Shown in pieces: positions 57,054-64,000 of a stretch of 64,000 nucleotides of DNA. The notes beneath the pieces were generated by a model. That model did not search any database, was not told where the DNA came from, and was given only the letters and a program-made list of their open reading frames with translations. The first letter of the stretch is position 1; each line of letters opens with the position of its first letter. The position numbers were made by a program, and so were the translations under genes. This stretch comes from an uncultured virus (IMG/VR IMGVR_UViG_3300031712_000005). Taxonomy: Duplodnaviria; Heunggongvirae; Uroviricota; Caudoviricetes. The DNA lies in the IMG/VR virus record IMGVR_UViG_3300031712_000005, one strand, 5' to 3'.

Positions 57054-58189
57054 TAATCCCAAGTGGTCATGCATTACGTGAAGCCCTGAAGGTACTACTA
57101 ACGAAGGATGTACGATTGGGGATCTTGGGCGCCAGCGCTGGTTCAGGAATGGTGGCAGGTCTTGCCACCATTCCTGGCCTAACTAATGTGCTTCATGAGG
57201 CACACTTCCCGCACGCCAAGGAAGCTACCAGTGACTATCTCGGGTTCGTCCCCGAGAACTTCGTCTGCATGGATACCGCGTTGGAGCAAGCCATGAGGGC
57301 CTATTACCGAGCCTACCAGCCCGATGGGAAGCGGACGATTGGGATTGGGGCTACGGCCGCGATAGCCACGAACGAGATCCACAGAGGCGAGCACAGGGTC
57401 TGGGTGGGGGTTTTCTCGGATGACCTAGTCTGTGTCTACTATGCCAGGTTCAAGAAGGGGGTGGGAGAAGAGGTTCGATTCAAAGATCTTCTAGCCTGTG
57501 ATATGCTGATTGGGAAGGCCATACTACAAGCAGTTGGGGCCACAGACATCATTACTCTTCCTGATAACGTTGAGTTTGAGGATTGTATCACTGATTGCAA
57601 CACTCAAGCGAAGATTCTACTGAGCAAGAGACCATTCTTCCGGAGTGACGGTGCGCGACTCGGCTGGGATAGCATGATGCACGACTTCGAGGCATCGGGT
57701 GTTGGCGTCTACCCCGGGTCGTTCACCGTCCCTCATTTTGGACACTTTGGGGTTGCCGATGCTTTCACCAAGCAGTACCACCAGCCGGTGGTTTTCGCTA
57801 TCGAGGTGAGCCCACCTCACAAGGATCTGTTGACCCCTTGGGATATGCTGAAGCGAGCCAAGCTGCTCAAAGGGCGACACGTGATCTTCACTTGGGGCGC
57901 CCCGTATTACTTGGACAAGGCTAGGCTATTCCCGAATACTAAGATCATTCTTGGAGCCGACGCCTTCGTTGAACTCTTGGATGCCAAGTGGGGGTTCAGT
58001 GTTGACGCCCTTCAACGAGTGTTCAAGGAGACCGGGACCAAGCTCATCGTTCCGGATCGGTTGGTGAAGGGTGTATTCACCACGCTTTGGGACTTGAGGC
58101 CTCCGAGTAACTTCCCCTGCGAGAGGCTTCCGGTCAGGTTTGACATCAGCTCGACTGAGCTGATTAGATCCGGCAATATCTGGTCCTAG
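57050..58189 (+). CDS. CinA/PncC-like + HxGH nucleotidyltransferase (NMNAT-like) fusion
   Basis: N-terminal GAS.GSG...LATIPG. C-terminal YPGSF..PHFGH, GAD, ISSTELIR. Confidence 0.8.
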   Translation: MIIPSGHALREALKVLLTKDVRLGILGASAGSGMVAGLATIPGLTNVLHEAHFPHAKEATSDYLGFVPENFVCMDTALEQAMRAYYRAYQPDGKRTIGIGATAAIATNEIHRGEHRVWVGVFSDDLVCVYYARFKKGVGEEVRFKDLLACDMLIGKAILQAVGATDIITLPDNVEFEDCITDCNTQAKILLSKRPFFRSDGARLGWDSMMHDFEASGVGVYPGSFTVPHFGHFGVADAFTKQYHQPVVFAIEVSPPHKDLLTPWDMLKRAKLLKGRHVIFTWGAPYYLDKARLFPNTKIILGADAFVELLDAKWGFSVDALQRVFKETGTKLIVPDRLVKGVFTTLWDLRPPSNFPCERLPVRFDISSTELIRSGNIWS

Positions 58190-58207
58190 CTCGATATTGC
58201 CGGTGTA
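58170..58207 (+). promoter_or_regulatory. 11-bp perfect inverted repeat overlapping a CGGTGTA element
   Basis: CCGGCAATATC-N12-GATATTGCCGG. Element at 58201-58207, 10 nt before ATG 58218. Confidence 0.65.
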
Positions 58208-58217
58208 ACTAGAAAGG

Positions 58218-60020
58218 ATGGAAAAATTCGAACCCAAAATTCTACTCGGGGATAATAAAAATAGCCTTGCTGAACTTGAGCCAAATTCGGTCGACTTGAT
58301 CTACTTGGATCCGCCTTATGGTAGCGGTAGAAAGTACAATCAGACTGTGCATAGTGGTAATGGTAGTCACGCGCAGATCTTGGCCTACCCTGATACCTGG
58401 AAACTTGATGTCGGGACTGACAATGATTTGGAGGCCCTTCTTGATAGTAGGCTAATCTCAGATTACCCACTGCTTAAGAAGTATCTTATTGGTAACCAAG
58501 AGGTAGTAAGTCAATACAACCCTAAGTTTTGGTCCTACCAAGTCTACATGGCTGTTAGGTTGGCGTTGGCGCACAGAGTTCTCAAAGAAAACGGGATGTT
58601 GTGTTACGAGTGCGACCCTAATGCATCCCCATTTGTACAATCTCTTCTAGGTCCGATTTTTCACACACCGTTGTATAAGGGATCCTGGGTATCAACGGTC
58701 ACTTGGAAACGCACTTTTGCGCATAACGACTCAAAAACCCTAGGTTCTGTTGTAGATGTATTGTTGTTCTATGCTAAAGGCCCTAACTACAAGTGGAATC
58801 GAGTACTCCAACCGCAGGCTGGCCTAGAAAAGGTCTATAAACATAGAGATCCTGACGGTAGATGGTGGCAATCAGTTACTCTAACCGGGTATGGAACCTC
58901 CGGTGGTAATAGTGGCAAACCTTGGAGAGGGATAGATCCATCATTAAGTGGGAAAGGCCGTCACTGGAACGTACCTGACCGAGCTAAGTGGTACTTCAAA
59001 GAGAAGTACCATAAGGATCTGACGGGTACCACCCAAGAGATGCTGGATATATTGGACGCTGAGGGTTTGATCTTCTGGTCACCTAAGGGTGGAGTTCCTA
59101 GATACAAACACTTCTTGACCATTAACTCCGGAGTTCCGATCAGTAACTATTGGACTGATCTTACGACACTTGAGGCTTCCAGGGACGATCTTGAGTACTA
59201 CCGAGGGGATATTCTACCCCTTAATACCCCAGCAGATGAAGCCTGGGAGGATATCAACCTAGGTAAGAGTGAGTCAATAACTTTTGATGGCCAGAAGCCG
59301 CTGAAGTTAGTCCAGCGTGTAATTTTAGGCTGTACTGACCCTGGTGACTTGGTAGTGGACCCATTTGTCGGTAGCGGTACCACTTGCATAGCGGCTTACC
59401 AGTTAGGCAGAAAGTCAATCGGGATGGAGTTGTCCCCAGAGACCTTCCGTGAAGCGCGCTTACGCTTGGAAAGGGAAAAAGTGATCATCACCCAAAGGGT
59501 GACCCATGTTACTGATGCTTCTTGCCTCTATGAGCTGGATGGTTACGGATGGTCAGAGTTCGTAGTTAAAAACGTGTTCAATGCTGAGTACACTGATGGT
59601 CCTAACGACCACGGTCAGGATGGGTACTTCACTACAATAGCCCCAAACAACAAGCACCTAACGGTAGCTATTCAGGCAAAAAGCGGTAAAAGTGCTAAGG
59701 AGGTCAAGACCGGAATCTATGACCTCGATGAGGCTTTGAAGTACTGGCATAGAGACCAAGGTATTCTAGTAGCCTATCGGAAGTTTATTCAACCTGATCA
59801 CTACAGAATGGCGAGAGATCGTGGGGACGTTCCTGGGCATCCGGGATATCCTAAAATTCAGATCATAGCTATAGAGCGCCATTGGGAAGATAATGCACCC
59901 TTGTTGGGGGCGAAGGTTTACCCACCTTCGGACCACCCGATTGAGTTCTATACTAGGTTAGAAGAACAGAATATGGAGTTCGAGAGACAAAACGCAATGT
60001 TTGCTCTAGAATCAGAGTAA
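58218..60020 (+). CDS. N6A/N4C DNA methyltransferase (beta class) with C-terminal Mrr-like PD-(D/E)XK domain
   Basis: LDPPY, QKP, DPFVGSGTT. C-terminal D.GQDG...IQAK. Confidence 0.85.
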   Translation: MEKFEPKILLGDNKNSLAELEPNSVDLIYLDPPYGSGRKYNQTVHSGNGSHAQILAYPDTWKLDVGTDNDLEALLDSRLISDYPLLKKYLIGNQEVVSQYNPKFWSYQVYMAVRLALAHRVLKENGMLCYECDPNASPFVQSLLGPIFHTPLYKGSWVSTVTWKRTFAHNDSKTLGSVVDVLLFYAKGPNYKWNRVLQPQAGLEKVYKHRDPDGRWWQSVTLTGYGTSGGNSGKPWRGIDPSLSGKGRHWNVPDRAKWYFKEKYHKDLTGTTQEMLDILDAEGLIFWSPKGGVPRYKHFLTINSGVPISNYWTDLTTLEASRDDLEYYRGDILPLNTPADEAWEDINLGKSESITFDGQKPLKLVQRVILGCTDPGDLVVDPFVGSGTTCIAAYQLGRKSIGMELSPETFREARLRLEREKVIITQRVTHVTDASCLYELDGYGWSEFVVKNVFNAEYTDGPNDHGQDGYFTTIAPNNKHLTVAIQAKSGKSAKEVKTGIYDLDEALKYWHRDQGILVAYRKFIQPDHYRMARDRGDVPGHPGYPKIQIIAIERHWEDNAPLLGAKVYPPSDHPIEFYTRLEEQNMEFERQNAMFALESE

Positions 60021-60071
60021 CTACGAGTAGTATGTTGTGGACTTATAATCAGGTTATTGGGCATCTTTTGT

Positions 60072-60791
60072 ATGCCCAATAAATTAGATGCAAACAAGAC
60101 CCCAGTAAGCAAACAAGACCTTCTTCTAGTACTCTGGCAAGCCTGGTACCAGATCTTCGGTGAGGAGCCTAAGCACGAGGCTGTTTGCGTGCTAGGTGGT
60201 CAGTGGGCCCTCGAGACCGGGTGGGGGAAGTCGATGTGGGACTTCAATCTAGGCAACGTGAAGTCCGTTGATGGGGATGGGCATGACTACCAGTTCTTTG
60301 GGTGTGGAGAAGAGCTCACCCTCAGCGTAGCTCAGCATGCGGTTCACGATAGCCCACTCGTGAAGGTGGTTAGAACCTATGCCGTTGGGAACACTCCGAT
60401 GGCTTCGGTTTGGATCACTCCTGAGCACCCCTGGTGCCGCTTCCGGGCGTTCAACAGTCTCCTGGAGGGCGCTGTTGATTACGTCAAGCTACTGAACAAG
60501 AGGTTCCAGAAGTCCTGGCCGGCGGTTATCGCCGGTGACCCCGCTCTGTTTGCGCACTACTTGAAGCAACAGCACTACTATACAGCCGATGAGACTCAGT
60601 ATACCAACAGCATCAAGTCGACGTTCCATACGATGATGGGGGTACCAGTCAACTTCACTCACCCAGACCTGACAGATGCCCAGAAGGCTTCAGTACAGAA
60701 CCTGGTAGCGATGACGATGGTCCAAAGCCTTGATGACATCCTGTCGGCGCCCTCTACGATGCCGACAGACGACGCTTCAGCGATGGCCTAA
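60072..60791 (+). CDS. glucosaminidase/FlgJ-like peptidoglycan hydrolase (candidate endolysin)
   Basis: QWALETGWG, NLGNVK, FRAF.S...DY..LL, YYTA...Y. Confidence 0.75.
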   Translation: MPNKLDANKTPVSKQDLLLVLWQAWYQIFGEEPKHEAVCVLGGQWALETGWGKSMWDFNLGNVKSVDGDGHDYQFFGCGEELTLSVAQHAVHDSPLVKVVRTYAVGNTPMASVWITPEHPWCRFRAFNSLLEGAVDYVKLLNKRFQKSWPAVIAGDPALFAHYLKQQHYYTADETQYTNSIKSTFHTMMGVPVNFTHPDLTDAQKASVQNLVAMTMVQSLDDILSAPSTMPTDDASAMA

Positions 60792-61246
60792 GGCTTCTTG
60801 ACCTTGGAGTGCTTGGAGTGCTTGGACGGCTTCTCATGAGCCTCCTTGTGCTCCACAGGCTCTACCTCGGCTTGAGCCTCTTCAGTCACCTCAATGACTG
60901 GGGGCGGTTCTTCGGCAGCGGCTTCTTGTTTCAAGTCTTCAAAGAGTTGGTCGGCTAGTTCTTCAGCGCTATTCGCCGCACTCATTACGAACTTGCCCTT
61001 TGAGACAGCTTCTTTGATGAACCTGTCTCGGTGCTTGACACGAACAGCATCGGGCTCTGAGGCTTCTGGCATGATCTCGGCCAGGAGGATCAAGCTGTAG
61101 AGGTAGTCAATCTTCGACTCACTATTGCCTCTTGTCCGTACATCACTACCAATTCTTTCCTTGATAGTTTGGATGTGACTATCCACATTTGCTATGAGCG
61201 ACCTAGTTCTAGGGGCTACGATCAGACCAACGTTGACTTCTACCAA
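60788..61246 (-). CDS. hypothetical protein (start uncertain, probably near 61187)
   Basis: Helical N-part with acidic and His/Lys tail. Confidence 0.6.
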   Translation of the reverse strand: MVEVNVGLIVAPRTRSLIANVDSHIQTIKERIGSDVRTRGNSESKIDYLYSLILLAEIMPEASEPDAVRVKHRDRFIKEAVSKGKFVMSAANSAEELADQLFEDLKQEAAAEEPPPVIEVTEEAQAEVEPVEHKEAHEKPSKHSKHSKVKKP

Positions 61247-61474
61247 GTAACTGAAGTCAAAGGGAAGATGCTTCTTCTCCGAGAGATCAGTGGTAAGGCT
61301 GTGGACGACAAGGAGGGTGTTGGCGTTGAGTATGTAGTTCCCTCAAAGGGCCACTTCATTGGAGGGGTCGTCAAGGCGATCCCCAAAGGTCCCGGAATAA
61401 AGTTAGAGGGGCATTACGGGACCCTTTGGGAAGGCAAGCCTGTGTATCAGACCGCATGGGGCTACGGACACTAG
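61169..61474 (+). pseudogene. 5'-truncated remnant of a SWGYDQTNVDFYQV-type phage protein
   Basis: SSRGYDQTNVDFYQV...WEGKP. No convincing start or RBS. Confidence 0.5.
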
Positions 61475-62241
61475 TTCCGTACGTACGTCAGCGGTGGCAG
61501 GTATGTTAGGTCTACAACGTCGTTCCGCGAGACTAAGAGCTGATTATCAGGGTTTACTGGCGGCAACACGGTTGGGTTCTGATCTTCCTCCAACCAACCC
61601 ATGACATCGGCGTCCTTGAACGTAGGTAGCTTACGTCCCATCCACAGTAGGGCTAAGCCCATACGACGGTGACTAGCTTCCTCACCTCTATCACAGTGTC
61701 CACTAGCATACTGATTCAAGCGGCTCTCGATGGGCAGGGCCGAGCAAGCAGCGAATGAGGACCTAAGTATCGCTAGAGCAGCGTGGAAGCACAACTGTCT
61801 ATTGTCAACGAGGTCTTGCCCACTCCATCCCTCAGTTTGATTGTTGGTGATCCGGTACCCGCCTCCGATGTCCACTACAATCCGGTTAGGAGTGTTCCCT
61901 ATTTTATCCTTCTTCCCTAAGTTTACTTGATTCAAGCACCAAGACGCCCCACCATCTCCTTTGGACATCGGGCCTTCCCCAGTATCTACGTCCAACCTGA
62001 AGGCGCTTTCATACGAGATCACCGCATAAAGAACCATAGCGGTTCGTATTCTACCCCTACTACCATGAAATATTGGTTTCTCTTGGGGGTCCCAAACTAC
62101 ATATGCCGTGTCCTTTGCGATGTCTCCATAACGCGACGTCGCCTCCTCCACGGTTTCCTGTGCCTCTGGGATATATGACTTCCTACCTGGAGGAGCTACC
62201 GAAACCATTAATGATATTAACCACGCAATTACCTGTTCCAA
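61471..62241 (-). CDS. lysozyme/SLT-like secreted protein
   Basis: Hydrophobic N-terminus, YESAF, GDGGASWCLNQV. AGGAG RBS. Confidence 0.6.
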   Translation of the reverse strand: MEQVIAWLISLMVSVAPPGRKSYIPEAQETVEEATSRYGDIAKDTAYVVWDPQEKPIFHGSRGRIRTAMVLYAVISYESAFRLDVDTGEGPMSKGDGGASWCLNQVNLGKKDKIGNTPNRIVVDIGGGYRITNNQTEGWSGQDLVDNRQLCFHAALAILRSSFAACSALPIESRLNQYASGHCDRGEEASHRRMGLALLWMGRKLPTFKDADVMGWLEEDQNPTVLPPVNPDNQLLVSRNDVVDLTYLPPLTYVRN

Positions 62242-62655
62242 GGCATCTCTCCTTTTTGCAGGTAGCTCTGGCTCAGCGTGCTGAGCATTTATTGAGCCAC
62301 TACAATCTAGGGTCTTTCGACTTTGATTACGTACTAGTCTTTTGTGCTACACCTCTCCATACTTGGGTCGGCTACAATAGCCGCGCCATATAGGCTGTCA
62401 ATCAAAAAGTAATTGGAACGGCTGACCTCTAGGCAGATCTAGTACCGGCCGAGTATGTGGCACTAACCAATAAATTCACTGAAGATTTGATTTACTCGGT
62501 TGTAGTCTGTGACACAATATCAAGGTATACTGCTTAATCAGATTCAATCCTCACGCTGACTTCACAGTTTTGGCTACTATTGCATTGACTAGTGGTCTGC
62601 GGCGGGCATTATCGGTACTAGGTACTTTATCCTACTATGTGGTCAGTAATGACAC

Positions 62656-63429
62656 ATGTACTCACCCATGGTTATTCAGGGGACGGCAAATACACCAAAA
62701 GATGGTTTTGCAAAAGTCCTTATCGATCCGAGTGTTATGGCTAACATGAGTTCTCAATGGAGCGTCAAGCGGGTCCCCCTAGATTTTTATTGGCCGGTGG
62801 GTTACCTATGGCATGGCTACATGAACCCGTGGCCAGGACCCATCGAGTGTGAAGACTGTGGGGGTACCGGACTCAATAGTGAGTGCCAGAAGCTATTTCG
62901 CAACTTTCGACGCTGGGCACCTAGACTAACAGAACAAGAGGTAGAACTCGCAACTCAAGCTGGTGTTAGTAGTGAGGAAATAACTCAGATTCTCAACAGA
63001 GTTTGGGGTGAGGTTGATACCCAACTGATTCGATCCTATCTGACAGAGATTAGGGCAAAAACCACTGGTATCTGGGGTTTATGCACCGTCTGCAAGGGTA
63101 AGAAAAGAGTGGTAAACCCAAACCCCGCTGTACAGCAGCTATACACAGATGTAGACTTGTTTGAGGAGTGGAGACCTATCGAACCCCCTAAGGGTGATGG
63201 TTGGCAACTCTGGCAGGTTCGAGCGGATGGGGGTTACCCTCAGTCGGCCGTGTATAAGTCTGATGAGCAGCTAGCTAAGTGGTGCTCGGTTCACTTCAAG
63301 TCTGACTATGCCGGATGGTTGAAATGGATCATACGAGAGGGTTCAAAAGTACCGCAGGATCCACCTGAATTCAGACTAAAAAGCGAAAACATCACTGTAT
63401 TCCATCAGCAGCCCGTGAGCAAGGCCTAA
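62656..63429 (+). CDS. phage protein with DnaJ-like Zn motifs
   Basis: KRVPLDF.WP, CEDCGGTG, CTVCKG, EPPKGDGWQLW. Confidence 0.75.
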   Translation: MYSPMVIQGTANTPKDGFAKVLIDPSVMANMSSQWSVKRVPLDFYWPVGYLWHGYMNPWPGPIECEDCGGTGLNSECQKLFRNFRRWAPRLTEQEVELATQAGVSSEEITQILNRVWGEVDTQLIRSYLTEIRAKTTGIWGLCTVCKGKKRVVNPNPAVQQLYTDVDLFEEWRPIEPPKGDGWQLWQVRADGGYPQSAVYKSDEQLAKWCSVHFKSDYAGWLKWIIREGSKVPQDPPEFRLKSENITVFHQQPVSKA

Positions 63430-63677
63430 TGCGTTTCACCGAATGGTTGGATCAGCAACGATATCGCAGAGATCTCATAGGGGAGCTGGCCGAACAACTT
63501 CACCATCGGGCTTGGCCGGAGACATCGAATCTGCAGGCGCTCCGAGTTAGACTCTCACTGGAGCATGCTTCGACTTTGGCCCTTGAGACACTTGAATCTG
63601 CTTTCTATGAGTGGCAAATATCCAAGGACCTTCCGATGATGACCCTTTTCGTAATTCGGCAATTGTCGCTAAATTAG
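63429..63677 (+). CDS. YozE SAM-like protein
   Basis: F.EWL..Q..R.D.IG.LA...WP...AF.EW. Confidence 0.65.
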   Translation: MRFTEWLDQQRYRRDLIGELAEQLHHRAWPETSNLQALRVRLSLEHASTLALETLESAFYEWQISKDLPMMTLFVIRQLSLN

Positions 63678-63727
63678 AGACAAATTACATGACCTAGTCA
63701 GCCGGTGGTGTATAGTCCTGGGTACGT

Positions 63728-64000
63728 ATGATGGACCCTTTGAAGATCCACCCAGTATTTTTCGCTACTGAGGCCACCAACTTCCAGAAAAAGCTCTATA
63801 CCAGGAGGCTTCGTGGGGTGTCCACGCACGAGCAAAATGCAGAGAAGGCCGATGCAACCTTGATCATGGCTGTGACTCAGGTCATCGAAGCAGGTGAGTT
63901 CAGAGAGGTACCCATCTTGATCCCTGACACTTGGAAGACCTGGGTTGGCGCTAGAATTGTCGAGATGGCACATACTTGCACTAATACTCTGAGGTCTGAT
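63728..64000 (+). CDS. hypothetical protein, 3'-truncated by the window end
   Basis: Open from ATG 63728 (MMDPLKIHPV...) to the end. TGGTGTA at 63706. Confidence 0.6.
   Translation, partial: MMDPLKIHPVFFATEATNFQKKLYTRRLRGVSTHEQNAEKADATLIMAVTQVIEAGEFREVPILIPDTWKTWVGARIVEMAHTCTNTLRSD

Noticed and set aside
1..64000. Stop-codon reassignment
   Set aside because: TAA, TAG and TGA all end full-length conserved genes, and coding density is high under the standard code.
1..64000. tRNA/rRNA genes
   Set aside because: No cloverleaf with T-loop and acceptor stem seen in any intergenic gap. Checked by eye only.

Overview
Dense, mostly + strand segment of a large (probably jumbo) tailed dsDNA phage genome, standard genetic code. 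The host is inferred to be a myxobacterium from the TGGS-linker RCC1 lipoprotein, the GT51 transglycosylase and the SLT-like protein. In order it contains: the end of a structural gene; a putative lysis/envelope cassette; a GIY-YIG homing endonuclease; a replication module (SNF2 helicase, degenerate loader, DnaB, stand-alone primase Zn finger, family A polymerase); a DUF2997-DUF1257-Ycf46-like AAA triad; nucleotide metabolism genes (NT5C, ThyX, MazG-like, dNMP kinase, RNase HII); ClpX; a nitrilase; two DNA methylases; and an NAD-salvage operon (NrtR, NAMPT, vWA, PurA-like, pseudokinase, CinA-NMNAT). Main hidden signals: (1) a short peptide TRY[ES]RI[LM] in at least 5 unrelated proteins with different codons; (2) a second peptide [RK]VAx[RK][FY] in about 8 places, mostly in a cluster of orphan proteins; (3) a phage-specific YGGTGTA element at about 20 gene starts, mostly 8-13 nt upstream and several times inside hairpins; (4) three NrtR operators at exact 22-bp periodicity over the NAD-operon promoter; (5) two genes split by +1 frameshifts and a possible nested gene. 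All family calls come from motif recognition by eye, with no database searches.
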